Origin: an uncultured Alphaproteobacteria bacterium
GTDB taxonomy: Bacteria; Pseudomonadota; Alphaproteobacteria; ATCC43930; CGMCC-115725
Direction of reading: 5' to 3'
Assembly (NCBI GenBank): GCA_963832575.1
Contig: CAWHUT010000002.1
Coordinates: forward strand, 125,827-189,826
Length of the DNA stretch: 64,000 bases
This document shows, in pieces, positions 34,257-44,623 of this stretch. A program made the position numbers and the translations under genes. Position 1 is the first letter of the stretch. Each line of letters starts with the position of its first letter. The notes under the pieces were generated by a model. The model did no database searches. It worked only from the letters and a program-made list of their open reading frames with translations, and was not told the DNA's origin.

Positions 34257-36005
34257 ATGATGGAAAGGCCAAGGCGCGTCACCGCGACCGTGCTGGCTCT
34301 GAGCCTCGCCGCGAGCGTGCTGCTGCTGGGTGCCATCGCCGGCTATCTCCACATTACCGCGGCCGGGATGGCGAGAAGCCAGGATCAATACCTCCACACG
34401 GCGGACGTCATCAACACAGCCCGATCCGTCATTGTCCTGGTCGGCGGGGCGCTCGCGACGCTGGTGGCCGCCGCGGGCACCCTCTTTGCCGCGGTACGGC
34501 GGAGTTACCGCTCGCAGAGAGTGCTGCAAGCGACCGTGAACGGCGTCACGCGAGGCATTGCCGCCTTCGAGAAAGGCCGTCTCGTCGCGCGAAACGAGCG
34601 CTTCATGGATCTGCTGCACATTCCTTCCGAGCTCGGCAAGATCGGAACGCCGGCCGTGCGCTTGGAGCAGACCGCGACGGACGGATTGCTGGTCGATCTG
34701 ACGGAGCAGATGAATCGTGCTCGGGACACCAATCAAAGCTTCATGATCGAGCGCAACCGGCCCGATGGCGCGATTTTCCAACTGTATTTCAGCCCGCCTT
34801 TGGACGGCATCGCCGTTTTCGGCGCCCACGACGCCACGCTGCAGCGCCAGTCGGAACGGTTTCTGCAAAATGCCCAAAAGATGGATGCGCTGGGCCAGTT
34901 GACCGGTGGGATCGCGCATGATTTCAACAATCTTCTGACTGTCCTCCTGATGAATCTCGACGTGATGCGCAAAGATCCGGCCGTCATCGATAAGTTCAGC
35001 CGGCGCGTCGAGCTGATGACCGCGGCGTCCCTAAAGGGCGCCACGCTGGTCAGGCAGCTTCTGGCCTATGCCAAGAAACAGCCGCTGGAACCGGAGGTCG
35101 TCGATCTGACGGAGGTCATGCCCAGTCTTGCCGATCTCATCAAGCGCACCATCGGCGAGAATATCGACGTGGACGTCAGCGTCGGCCGCGACATTTGGCC
35201 GACGATCGTCGATCCCGCCCAATTCGAATCGACGGCGTTGAACCTGGCGCTCAATGCGCGCGACGCCATGCCCGACGGCGGCAGGCTCATACTCGCGCTC
35301 GCGAACACCACGCTCGACAACGCCTATGCAAAACAGCACGGCGACGTCACGCCCGGCGATTACGTGCTGTTCTCCGTCAGCGACAGCGGATCGGGCATGA
35401 CGGAAGAGGTGCTTTCGCACGCTTTCGATCCGTTTTTCACGACCAAGGGCGAGGGCCGGGGAAACGGCCTGGGGCTCAGCATGGTCTATGGCTTCGTCAA
35501 GCAGATCGGCGGCCACATCAGGATCGACAGCGAGCCGGGCAAGGGCACGTCCGTCGAGCTTTACTTCCCGCGCTGCCGCGAAGCGGCGACATCCGCGCCA
35601 TCGTTGCCAGCCACTGACACGCCGACCGGCACCGAGACCATTCTTGTCGTCGAGGATGACGAGAAGCTGTGCACGACCACGGTCGGCGTGCTGAAGGACC
35701 TGGGCTACAACACGTTGCACGCCGCCGACGGTCGATCGGCACTGACGCTTCTGGAGAGAGAAAAGCCCGTCGACCTCTTGTTCACGGACATGGTTCTGTC
35801 GGGGTCCGTCAACGGCCGAACGCTCGCCGAGGCAGCGCGCGCGCTCCATCCGACGATCAAGGTCCTCTATACTTCCGGCTATACCGAACAGGCCGAGCAG
35901 CATCAGGGCCACTTGGACCCGAGCATCGGACTTCTCAGCAAGCCCTATTGCACCGATGAACTCGCCATAAGGCTAAGGCATGTGATGTCGCGCAAGCCCG
36001 GGTAG
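34257..36005 (+). CDS. Membrane-anchored hybrid histidine kinase (TM-sensor-HisKA-HATPase_c-REC)
   Basis: GGGAGGGGGG RBS before ATG 34257. TM helices VLALSLAASVLLLGAIAGYL and VIVLVGGALATLVAAAGTLF. H-box GGIAHDFNNLL, DSGSGM and GNGLGLSMV. REC ILVVEDDE...LFTDMVLSG. Confidence 0.9.
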   Translation: MMERPRRVTATVLALSLAASVLLLGAIAGYLHITAAGMARSQDQYLHTADVINTARSVIVLVGGALATLVAAAGTLFAAVRRSYRSQRVLQATVNGVTRGIAAFEKGRLVARNERFMDLLHIPSELGKIGTPAVRLEQTATDGLLVDLTEQMNRARDTNQSFMIERNRPDGAIFQLYFSPPLDGIAVFGAHDATLQRQSERFLQNAQKMDALGQLTGGIAHDFNNLLTVLLMNLDVMRKDPAVIDKFSRRVELMTAASLKGATLVRQLLAYAKKQPLEPEVVDLTEVMPSLADLIKRTIGENIDVDVSVGRDIWPTIVDPAQFESTALNLALNARDAMPDGGRLILALANTTLDNAYAKQHGDVTPGDYVLFSVSDSGSGMTEEVLSHAFDPFFTTKGEGRGNGLGLSMVYGFVKQIGGHIRIDSEPGKGTSVELYFPRCREAATSAPSLPATDTPTGTETILVVEDDEKLCTTTVGVLKDLGYNTLHAADGRSALTLLEREKPVDLLFTDMVLSGSVNGRTLAEAARALHPTIKVLYTSGYTEQAEQHQGHLDPSIGLLSKPYCTDELAIRLRHVMSRKPG

Positions 36006-36108
36006 CTTGCCGAGATTGAGGGTCGCGTCCAATCATGTCCCCGGCAACCGCGCTTGACCTGCTCGCCGATTTTTGCACCGCAGATAGCTGGAGAATTGTA
36101 CAGTAACA

Positions 36109-36996
36109 ATGGTCCCGGCAAGCAATCGTTCGGACGAGAATGGCGACGCCGATGATGCAGATCCTGCCGCAACGGCTGGTCGCCGAAGGGATGCCATGGC
36201 GCTTTCGCCGCCGGCCAAATCGGTCAACGGCGTGAACTCTGAAGCCGTGCCATCCTGCGCCCGCGTCGCTCTGGTCGACGACAATGACTTGTTCCGCGAA
36301 TCGCTGTGCCTCGATCTATCGGAGGCCGGATTCGAGGTGCGGTCCTTCCCATCGGGCGAAGCAGCCGTCGGCTACCTCACGGCCGGGGACGATACCGACA
36401 TTGTGCTGCTCGACTGGATCATGCCCGGAATGAACGGGATCGAGGTTCTGCGCCGTATTCGCGAAGCCAGGCGCACCGTGCCGGTCGTGTTCCTCACCGA
36501 GCTGACCGACCAGATTTACGAGGAGACGGCGCTGCAGGGCGGCGCCGTCGATTTCATCGAAAAATCCCGCGGCTTTTCCATTCTCCTCCGACGCATCAAG
36601 CTCATCCTGCAAGGCGCCAAGGCGGGCCAATCCGATGCGACGGCCGCAACGGCCGTCGGACGGATCCTGGTTCGCGGCAGTCTGGAGCTTCGGCGCGGCT
36701 CCGCACACGCGTTCTGGAACGGGTGCGACGTCACGTTGAGCATAACCGAATTCAAAATGGTCGATCTTCTCGCCACGCGGCTGGGACAGAACGTCCACTA
36801 TCGCGAGCTTTACGATCTCGTTCACGGCGAAGGCTTCATTACGGGAAGCGGCGCCGAAGGGTACCGCGCCAATGTGCGCGCTTTCGTCAAGCGCATTCGC
36901 GACAAATTCCGCAGCATCGACAAGGATTGGGACGCCGTCGAAAATTTTTCCGGCTTCGGGTACCGCTGGCGCGACCGGTCGACCGATCCCTCCTAG
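36109..36996 (+). CDS. OmpR/PhoB-type response regulator (REC plus winged-helix DNA-binding domain)
   Basis: VALVDDNDL...VLLDWIMPGMNG...K, then the trans_reg_C-like segment LSITEFKMVDLLATR...GFGYRW. The start may be the internal Met (MALSPP...). Confidence 0.85.
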   Translation: MVPASNRSDENGDADDADPAATAGRRRDAMALSPPAKSVNGVNSEAVPSCARVALVDDNDLFRESLCLDLSEAGFEVRSFPSGEAAVGYLTAGDDTDIVLLDWIMPGMNGIEVLRRIREARRTVPVVFLTELTDQIYEETALQGGAVDFIEKSRGFSILLRRIKLILQGAKAGQSDATAATAVGRILVRGSLELRRGSAHAFWNGCDVTLSITEFKMVDLLATRLGQNVHYRELYDLVHGEGFITGSGAEGYRANVRAFVKRIRDKFRSIDKDWDAVENFSGFGYRWRDRSTDPS

Positions 36997-37122
36997 GCGC
37001 GACCATCTCTCGGACCGGGAACCCGGCGTCCGTTATGGACGCAAAAGAGCAGCGTTCGGTGTTAACATCCTTAACGGTTGCCGACGCAACAGCCGCCTTG
37101 ACGCTTTGCGGAGCAGGTCGCG

Positions 37123-37497
37123 ATGCAAGACGGGAAACTCACGATTCTTGTCGTCGACGATGCTGTTGATGTTCTCGAAACCGAGACGACTGTGCTGGGA
37201 GAATTCGGATATTACGTGATCCCCTGCACAAGTGCAGACGAGGCACTAGCGATCATTGCGCGCGACGATACGATTGACATGGTGCTGACCGATGTCGTCA
37301 TGCCCGGCGAAATCGACGGGTGGCACTTGGCGGAACGAATACGCAACCTCCGCCCGCGGATCAAGGTGGCATTTACCAGCGGCTATGTCATGCCATCGAC
37401 GCGCTCGATCCTGACGGCGCGCCACGAACTGTTCCTGCCAAAGCCGTGGCGACCGGACGCGTTAGCGGATTTAATTCGTCGCGCCTTTGCGACCTAG
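37123..37497 (+). CDS. Stand-alone receiver-domain response regulator
   Basis: ILVVDDAVD...VLTDVVMPGEIDG...FTSGY...LPKP. 124 aa. Confidence 0.85.
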   Translation: MQDGKLTILVVDDAVDVLETETTVLGEFGYYVIPCTSADEALAIIARDDTIDMVLTDVVMPGEIDGWHLAERIRNLRPRIKVAFTSGYVMPSTRSILTARHELFLPKPWRPDALADLIRRAFAT

Positions 37498-37547
37498 CCG
37501 CCGCGGACGGTGGCGTCACCGTCCAGCGGCAGTGCCGTCGCGTATAG

Positions 37548-38321
37548 TTACAGCGCGTTGCAGGGACGGATGATCGTGCGCCACATGTGCGACGACGGCG
37601 TATTGTCGTTGCCGAGGCCTTCCTTCGGCTGTTTGAAATGACGGCCGATGATGTCCTCGAACTGGTCCATGGTGACGACCACGTTGGGATCGAAGGAATA
37701 GAGGTCGTTCACGCAGATCATTCGCGCCGCCATGTACCATTTGTGCTTCTTCGTCCGTTCATAGTCGGCCTGAATGTACGGATCGGGCTTATAGTCCGCG
37801 CCGAACATGCGGATGTAGTTGTCGGGATAGGCGTAGCCGACCAATTCATCGGGATAGAAGCGCAGGCACTGGTGGTAGCGGATCGCCCAGCTCACCTCCT
37901 CGTCGACATAGGGCTCGAGCAGCTGTGCACCCCAATAGCCGTGATCGCTGCGGATGAAGCCAACGACGGCGATATCGTGAAGCAGGCACGCCAAGACCAT
38001 TTTCTCTTCAAGACCGTTCTTCTGGGCCAGGTTGGCGCTCTGCAAGAGATGCTGCTGCGAACCGAGCGCAAAGCGGTACTTGAAGAAGTCGAGGAGCATC
38101 GGCTTCTCCGGCATTGCGGGCAGGCGCGGGTCCTCGCCCATCAGAAGATGCTTCCCGGTTCCCTGACCAAAGCTCAGGGATTGCTCCCCATCCGCCAGTT
38201 GGAACAGCAACGACTTGGTGACCAGCCGATCGCCCAGCTCCTGCATCTGGTGATGTTCCAATTCATCGGCACGTTGGGAAATGGACTGAGCTTGCGGCAT
38301 TGCCGTATTCCTTCCCGCCAT
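37548..38321 (-). CDS. HD-domain protein (metal-dependent phosphohydrolase or PhnZ/MIOX-like; function unknown)
   Basis: H-x23-HD arrangement (QQHLLQSANLAQKNGLEEKMVLACLLHDIA) with further His at +12 and +35. Same strand as, and downstream of, the cyclase gene. Confidence 0.55.
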   Translation of the reverse strand: MAGRNTAMPQAQSISQRADELEHHQMQELGDRLVTKSLLFQLADGEQSLSFGQGTGKHLLMGEDPRLPAMPEKPMLLDFFKYRFALGSQQHLLQSANLAQKNGLEEKMVLACLLHDIAVVGFIRSDHGYWGAQLLEPYVDEEVSWAIRYHQCLRFYPDELVGYAYPDNYIRMFGADYKPDPYIQADYERTKKHKWYMAARMICVNDLYSFDPNVVVTMDQFEDIIGRHFKQPKEGLGNDNTPSSHMWRTIIRPCNAL

Positions 38322-38490
38322 AATTCAAGACCAGTAACGTAATGTACGCTTCTCGTTCAAACAAGTATCCCGTCGATCGACGCCGCGCAGATCCGGGGAT
38401 CGTTGTGTCGGATTAACACGGCCGTAGGCAAGTTTGTTGCCCATCTACTACGACCCGTCTCATGCAAAAGAGGCGACGGACGGGAGCGAT

Positions 38491-40047
38491 CTAGTCGCGC
38501 CCGCGTCCCCTGAGGCCCACAATGTTGTATGTCTCGACCGGGCGCTGCAGGCCTTTCAAGACGAGCCCGCCGATCGCCTCGGTGTCGATCATGTCCTCCA
38601 GGACCGCCACGACGCGTTGCGGCGCCAGGATCTGCCCGGCTTTCGCTTCCGCGCAGAGCCGCGCGGCGAGATTGGTCACGGTGCCGATCGCGCCGTAATC
38701 CAAGCGTCCCTCGAAGCCGACGGCGCCGATCGTCGCATAGCCCTGGGCGATGCCGATGCCGAGGGCCAGATCGAAGCCGCGCTTCTTCCACGCAACGCTC
38801 AGCTCGCTGACGCGCTCGGCCATGGCGAGCGCCATCCGCACCGCCCGCTCGGCCGGATCCGTCACCGGGACGGGATCGTTGAAGAACACCATCATGCCGT
38901 CGCCGGTGAAGCGCTCGAGCGTGCCTTCGCCGGCGAGAATGAGCTGGCCCATCGCCGCGTGATAGTCGCGCAGGATGCCCATCACCTCCTCGGGCTCGGC
39001 GGTCTCGGCGAAGGCGGTGAAGCCGCGCAAGTCGAGGAAGACGACCGTGATCTCGCGGCGATGGGTCTTGAGGGGATCGTCGGCGCCGCCGCTCACGATG
39101 AGCTCGGCGAGCTGGGGCGAGAAGAACCGCTTCAGCCGGCTCAAATGCTCGACCTGCGCGACCTGTTCCTTCACCCGCTGTTCGAGCGTGCGGTTCCACT
39201 CGGCAAGCTCGCGCAGGTGGCGCACCTCTTGATCGCGCAGGCGCTTCTGCTCCATGCAGGCGCCGATGCGCGCCTGCAGCAGCACGGGGTTGAACGGTTT
39301 GGGCAGATAGTCGACAGCGCCCAGCGCGATGCAGCGTATGACGCTGTCCATCTCGTCCAGCGCCGAGATCATCAGCACGGGGATGTGACGGAGCGCATCG
39401 TCGGATTTCATCCGCTTCAGCACTTCGTAGCCGTCCATCTCGGGCATCATTACGTCGAGGAGCATGAGATCGATCGCGCGTTCGCGCAGGAGCTCGAGCG
39501 CGCTGCGCCCATCCTCGGCCATGACGACGGCATAGCCCTGGCGCGCGAGGCGGCGCGACAGCATCTCACGATTGCCCTCGTTGTCGTCGACCACGAGGAT
39601 GGTGCCCTGTCCGGCGCCGACGCCCGCCGTCGGTTGCCTAGGCGCCACCGTCGGCGACGCTTCCCGCGGCATGACGAGCCCAAGGAGGTGGCGCGCCGCC
39701 ACCGCGATCCGCTCGATATCGTCGCGAATTCGCGCCGTGCCGGCGACCTTGGCCTCGGCCTTGAGCGCTTCCGTGGATTCGACGACACGGTGTAGCGACG
39801 GCGACAGCGCCGCGGCGAGCCGCGCCTGCACATCATCGGCATTGTTCTCCGCCGGACCGATCAGCGTGGTGAGGCGCCCGAGGATCTCGCGTGCCTGCTC
39901 CTGGACACGTTGCAGGGCCGGAACCAGCGCGGACGCGCCGGTATCCTCCGCTTCCTCGAGCAGCATCTCGCTGAAGCCGATGATGTGATTCAGTGGCGTA
40001 CGTAACTCGTGGCGGAGGTGCGCCAGGGCATCGGAGGTCATGGTCAT
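38491..40047 (-). CDS. DHp(HisKA)-only domain plus receiver plus class III adenylate/guanylate cyclase
   Basis: N-terminal H-box [19 protein letters not shown] with no G1/G2 ATPase boxes following. REC ILVVDDNEGN...LLDVMMPEMDG...KP. Cyclase ITVVFLDLRGFT...FTGDGMMVFF...GAIGTVTNLAARL. Confidence 0.85.
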   Translation of the reverse strand: MTMTSDALAHLRHELRTPLNHIIGFSEMLLEEAEDTGASALVPALQRVQEQAREILGRLTTLIGPAENNADDVQARLAAALSPSLHRVVESTEALKAEAKVAGTARIRDDIERIAVAARHLLGLVMPREASPTVAPRQPTAGVGAGQGTILVVDDNEGNREMLSRRLARQGYAVVMAEDGRSALELLRERAIDLMLLDVMMPEMDGYEVLKRMKSDDALRHIPVLMISALDEMDSVIRCIALGAVDYLPKPFNPVLLQARIGACMEQKRLRDQEVRHLRELAEWNRTLEQRVKEQVAQVEHLSRLKRFFSPQLAELIVSGGADDPLKTHRREITVVFLDLRGFTAFAETAEPEEVMGILRDYHAAMGQLILAGEGTLERFTGDGMMVFFNDPVPVTDPAERAVRMALAMAERVSELSVAWKKRGFDLALGIGIAQGYATIGAVGFEGRLDYGAIGTVTNLAARLCAEAKAGQILAPQRVVAVLEDMIDTEAIGGLVLKGLQRPVETYNIVGLRGRGRD

Positions 40048-40349
40048 GCGTCGCTCGCCCTCAGCAACAGCGCCTCATCCACCCACACCCCCGTGGCGAG
40101 GACCATCCAACCCGCCATTCAACCTCGCGCCATCCTTATCCGTCAAGCCCTCGGCGGGGTGGCCAATCCCTGCCGGCGAATTCCGGCGTCTGGTGGGCTA
40201 CCTCCGATCCTGTCCCATCCGCCGGCGTTCAGGCGCCTGTTGCTGAGGTGTCGGGAGTGGCATAATCCCTGTCGGGGATGCTGGGACGGTTGCGTCGCAC
40301 CGCCGCTATGGCGAAGCTGGTGGCGCCATGGAACCCCGAGGAAGGCACG

Positions 40350-43109
40350 ATGCCGTATGTCTCGATCCGCGCGCGGCTGATCTTCCTTTCCGTCGTGTGG
40401 CTCGCGATCCTGGCCGCGACGTCGGTGCTGTTGACGCGCGAGCTGGTGCGCGATTCCAACGCCCTTGCCGAGGAAGCGCGCCTCGTCTCCATCGTCCGGA
40501 ATGCGAACATTGCGAGCAAGCATTTCGGCGATTTGAAATATTGGCTGATGGACATGGCGGTCACCCAGCTTGCGCGCTCGCAGCAGAGTGCCGACGCCGC
40601 CAAGGCTGAGCTCGATGCGGACCTGAAGGTGATCGCGCCCTCCGATCCGCCGGGCGTTGCGGCCGTCGGAAAAGAGGTCGATGCGCTGACCGCCCTGGCG
40701 CAGAACGCGGCCGAGGCCTATTCGAGCGACGAGAGCGCGGTGGGCAACGCGCTCATGGCCCAGGCAAAGACCCACATCCTCACGGTGGACAAGGATATCG
40801 AGAACATTGTCGATCGGCTGGAGCAGCAGTCGATCGGCCTTCGCGATGCGTCGATGCACACGGCCGGCCGCGCGGTCGACCTTTCGATTACCGGCGGCAT
40901 CGTCGTGCTCGCGCTCGCCATCAGCCTCACCGCGCTCGTCGTGCGTTCGATCAATGCGCCGTTGCGGCGGCTCGAGCGCTGCATGAATGCGATCACGCAA
41001 GGTCGGCTCGACGTCCCCATCCCCCCGGCCGGCCGTGACGAGGTCGGCGCCATGACGGGTGCGCTGGCCATGCTGCGCGACAGTCTCATAGAGCGCAACC
41101 GATTGGAACAGGATCGCCAGCGCGCCGAGGCCGCCACCAGGCGCGCGCAGGAGCAAATGACCGAGGCGATCGAGGCGATCTCCGAAGGCTTCGCGCTCTA
41201 CGACCCCGACGATCGGCTCGTCATCAGCAACAGCCGCTATCGCGACATGTATGCCGGGCTCGACGTCGAGGTGACGCCGGGAACGCCGTACGAGGCCCTC
41301 ATCAGCGCGGCGGCCCGTGCCGGCCGCATGGCCGTCGCGGCCAACCAGACCGAGGCATGGCTGGCCCAGCGTCTCGAACGCCATCGCCATCCCCACGGTT
41401 CCGATGTGCAGCAGCGCGCCGAGGGAAAATGGCTCCGGATCAGCGAACGCCGCACCGCCGAGGGCGGTATCGTCGGCGTCTTCGCGGACATCACCGAATT
41501 GAAGGAACGCGAACTGCAACTGGGTGAGCTTGTCGATCGGCTTGCCGATGCCCGCGACGAGGCCATGCAGGCGACGCTCGCCAAGAGCCGCTTCCTTGCC
41601 AATATGAGCCACGAGCTGCGCACGCCCTTGAACGCCGTCATCGGCATCACCGAGATGCTCGTCGAGGATGCCGCGGACGCGGGCAATGCCGATCTTCTCG
41701 AGCCGCTCGGGCGCATCGGGCGCGCCGGCAAGCATCTCCTACAGCTCATCAACGAGGTGCTCGATCTCTCCAAGATCGAGGCGGGCAAGCTCGAATTCCA
41801 TTACGAGGACATCGATCTCAGCCCGCTCGTCGACGAGATCATGGGGGCGGCACAGCCCCTGGCGGCGCGCAATGCCAATCGCTTGGTCGCCGATTGCGCC
41901 GGCGACATCGGCACGATGCGCAGCGACGTGACGCGGCTGCGCCAGATCATCCTCAACCTCCTCAGCAATGCCTGCAAGTTCACGGAGAAGGGTACCGTGT
42001 CGCTGAGCCTCGCCCGCACCCAGGCGGATGGCGCGGAGTGGCTCGATCTGCGCGTCGCCGACACCGGCATCGGCATGACCGCGGACCAGCTCGCCAAGCT
42101 GTTCCAGGAATTCACCCAAGCCGATAGCTCGACGACGCGAAAATACGGCGGTACCGGTCTTGGCCTTGCCATCACCGATCACCTCTGCCGCATGATGGGC
42201 GGCTCGATCACCGTCGCTAGCGAGCCCGGCCGGGGAACAACCTTCGCCGTGCGCTTGCCCGTGCTGGGCGCGGCGCCGACAACGGAGGACGATGCCACCG
42301 TGGCCGCGGATGTCCGCGACCGCGCGCCGCCGCTTCCCCCGCGGAGCACCAATCGCGTGCTCGTCATCGACGACGACGCCACCGTGCGTGACCTGATGCG
42401 CCGCGTGCTCAGTCGCGAAGGGTTCGATGTGGTTACGGCGGCGGACGGCAATGAAGGGCTGGCGCTGGCGCGCGAGATCAAGCCATCGGTCATCACGCTC
42501 GACGTGATGATGCACGATATGGACGGCTGGGGCGTGCTGCAGGCGATCCGCGCCGATCCTGCCTTGGCGGACATTCCCGTCGTGATGCTGACCGTCCTCG
42601 ACGAGAAGCAGCGCGGCTTTGCCTTGGGCGCGTCGGCCTATCTGACCAAGCCTGTGGACCGCGCCCGCCTTGCCGCAGCACTCCAGCCCTTCAAATCCAA
42701 GGGCGCAAACCAGCGCGCGCTCGTTGTCGAGGACGACGACGACACGCGGGAGCTGATGCGCCGGCTCCTGGTCGGGGAAGGCTGGATCGTGGGCACGGCG
42801 CGGAACGGACGCGATGCCTTGGCGTTGCTCACGGCAGAGCCGCCGCACCTCATCCTGCTGGACCTGCTGATGCCCGAGATGGATGGGTTCGAGTTCCTGG
42901 CGGAGCTGCGAGCGACACCAGAATTCCGCGCCATTCCCGTTGTCATCGTCACCGCCGCCGATCTTACTGACGAGCAACGCCGGCGGCTCCAGGGCGGGGT
43001 CGAGCAAATCCTGCAGAAAGCGGCCTACGGGCAAGACGAACTGCTGGTCGAGATTCGCCGCATCGTCGGCCGTTATGCCGCGGCGGCCGAGCGCGTGGGC
43101 GGTGCCTGA
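40350..43109 (+). CDS. Membrane hybrid histidine kinase (periplasmic helical sensor-HAMP-PAS-HisKA-HATPase_c-REC-REC)
   Basis: GAGGAAGG RBS before ATG 40350. Two TM helices flank a helical region of about 170 aa. HAMP ([19 protein letters not shown]). PAS-like [12 protein letters not shown]-box [15 protein letters not shown] and [10 protein letters not shown]. Two REC domains (VLVIDDD..., ALVVEDDD...). Confidence 0.9.
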   Translation: MPYVSIRARLIFLSVVWLAILAATSVLLTRELVRDSNALAEEARLVSIVRNANIASKHFGDLKYWLMDMAVTQLARSQQSADAAKAELDADLKVIAPSDPPGVAAVGKEVDALTALAQNAAEAYSSDESAVGNALMAQAKTHILTVDKDIENIVDRLEQQSIGLRDASMHTAGRAVDLSITGGIVVLALAISLTALVVRSINAPLRRLERCMNAITQGRLDVPIPPAGRDEVGAMTGALAMLRDSLIERNRLEQDRQRAEAATRRAQEQMTEAIEAISEGFALYDPDDRLVISNSRYRDMYAGLDVEVTPGTPYEALISAAARAGRMAVAANQTEAWLAQRLERHRHPHGSDVQQRAEGKWLRISERRTAEGGIVGVFADITELKERELQLGELVDRLADARDEAMQATLAKSRFLANMSHELRTPLNAVIGITEMLVEDAADAGNADLLEPLGRIGRAGKHLLQLINEVLDLSKIEAGKLEFHYEDIDLSPLVDEIMGAAQPLAARNANRLVADCAGDIGTMRSDVTRLRQIILNLLSNACKFTEKGTVSLSLARTQADGAEWLDLRVADTGIGMTADQLAKLFQEFTQADSSTTRKYGGTGLGLAITDHLCRMMGGSITVASEPGRGTTFAVRLPVLGAAPTTEDDATVAADVRDRAPPLPPRSTNRVLVIDDDATVRDLMRRVLSREGFDVVTAADGNEGLALAREIKPSVITLDVMMHDMDGWGVLQAIRADPALADIPVVMLTVLDEKQRGFALGASAYLTKPVDRARLAAALQPFKSKGANQRALVVEDDDDTRELMRRLLVGEGWIVGTARNGRDALALLTAEPPHLILLDLLMPEMDGFEFLAELRATPEFRAIPVVIVTAADLTDEQRRRLQGGVEQILQKAAYGQDELLVEIRRIVGRYAAAAERVGGA

Positions 43110-43111
43110 GG

Positions 43112-43492
43112 ATGACCAAAATTCTCTACGTCGAGGACAACGAGGACAATTTCTACATGTTGTCCAACCGGCTGAAGCGGCGCGGCTATGACCTCGTCAT
43201 GGCGCCGGACGGCGAGAGCGGCATCGCCCTGGCAAAGAGCGAGGCGCCGGCGCTCATTCTCATGGATTTGAGCCTGCCCGTCATGGACGGATGGGAGGCA
43301 ACGCGGCGCCTGAAGGCCGCGAGCGAGACGCGTCACATCCCCATCATTGCGCTCTCCGCTCACTCGATGGCCGGCGACCGCGAGAAAGCGCTCGCCGCGG
43401 GCTGCGACGAGTTCGACACCAAGCCGGTCGAGTTGCCGCGCCTTCTGGACAAGATCGCGACCCTGCTTGCGAGCGCCGGGACGACGCCCTAA
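43112..43492 (+). CDS. Stand-alone receiver-domain response regulator
   Basis: KILYVEDNEDN...ILMDLSLPVMDG...ALSAH...DTKP. Starts 3 nt after the kinase stop. Confidence 0.9.
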   Translation: MTKILYVEDNEDNFYMLSNRLKRRGYDLVMAPDGESGIALAKSEAPALILMDLSLPVMDGWEATRRLKAASETRHIPIIALSAHSMAGDREKALAAGCDEFDTKPVELPRLLDKIATLLASAGTTP

Positions 43493-43600
43493 CGAAGCGT
43501 CGCCGCGTCCGCGAGGATACGGCGATTTGCCGCTGCAGGGGCGTGAGGGGAGAGCGCACGAACATGGCCCCCCAAGTTCCGCTGTTTCACCGCCGGGCGC

Positions 43601-44557
43601 CTATTGGTTGGACGCCGCGACGACCGGATTGGCCAGAACGCCGATGCGGCCGGCGCGAACTTCGATGCGGTCGCCGGGCCGCATGAAGACCTTGGGATTG
43701 CGCCCAAAGCCGACACCCGACGGCGAGCCCGTGGTGATGACGTCGCCTGGGCGGAACAGGTAGAACTGCGAGTAATAGGCGATGAGCTTGCGCACGCCGA
43801 AGACGAGGTCGCTGGTGTTGGCCGACTGCATCACCGCGCCGTTGAGCCGGGTTTCCAGTTGCACGTCGTCGGGATCGCCGATCTCGTCGCGCGTCGCCAC
43901 CACCGGCCCCATGGGACAGAAGGTGGGGAACTGCTTGCCCAGGAGATTGCGTTCCCACGCGAGCACCCCCGCCATCACCGCGGTCGCCTGGAACACCGGC
44001 GCCACCCAATCGCGCGCCGAAACATCGTTGACCAGCGTATACCCGGCGACGTAGTCGAGGGCGTCCGCCTCGGTGACCGCGTGGCACGGCCGGCCGATGA
44101 TGACGCTGAACTCGCCTTCCCAATCGACCATGTCGGGATGCGACGCCGGCAGCACGATCGGCGCGCCCGGGCCGATGATCTGCGAGGCGTTCTTGGCAAA
44201 CGAGGTCGGATAATCGGGCACCGCCGAGTTCATCTCGCGCAGATGCGCATGATAATTCATGCCGCAGGAGAGGATCAGCGCCGGGTCGGTGATCGGCCCC
44301 AGCAGCCGCGCGTCGGCGCGCTTGACCAGGGCCCCCGCCTCGCGCAGGCGATCGCCCAGGCTCGGGCTGGAGCCGATCGCGTCGGCGACACGGCGGACGA
44401 TATCAAGCGCCGCGTCGCCGCCTTCGAGGATCCCGCGGACGGTCGGCGGCAGCAGGCGCGCGGCGATCACCGCCTCGCGGCAGCCCACGAGATCGACGAT
44501 CTCCTCGCCCAAGACGACACCGGCGCCGGGGCGTGCGGCAAGCGTGACGAGCTGCAT
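43601..44557 (-). CDS. Fumarylacetoacetate hydrolase (FAH)-family protein
   Basis: WEGEFSVIIGR...NDVSARDW...PGDVITTGSP.GVG motifs typical of the FAH fold. GGAGGAG RBS. Confidence 0.85.
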   Translation of the reverse strand: MQLVTLAARPGAGVVLGEEIVDLVGCREAVIAARLLPPTVRGILEGGDAALDIVRRVADAIGSSPSLGDRLREAGALVKRADARLLGPITDPALILSCGMNYHAHLREMNSAVPDYPTSFAKNASQIIGPGAPIVLPASHPDMVDWEGEFSVIIGRPCHAVTEADALDYVAGYTLVNDVSARDWVAPVFQATAVMAGVLAWERNLLGKQFPTFCPMGPVVATRDEIGDPDDVQLETRLNGAVMQSANTSDLVFGVRKLIAYYSQFYLFRPGDVITTGSPSGVGFGRNPKVFMRPGDRIEVRAGRIGVLANPVVAASNQ

Positions 44558-44623
44558 CGCGAATTCTCCTCCTGAACGACGGCAGCGGCAGCGGGCCGAC
44601 GAGCGGTCCCGCCGCCGGTTTCC

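Noticed and set aside
33600-37500. Impression of lower GC content and more A/T-ending codons across the lone REC, the 34257 kinase, the OmpR regulator and the second lone REC, which would suggest separate horizontal origin.
   Set aside because: This was judged by eye only and the difference looks modest. I cannot compute sliding-window GC or codon adaptation here. A windowed GC/GC3 plot would be needed before making any claim.
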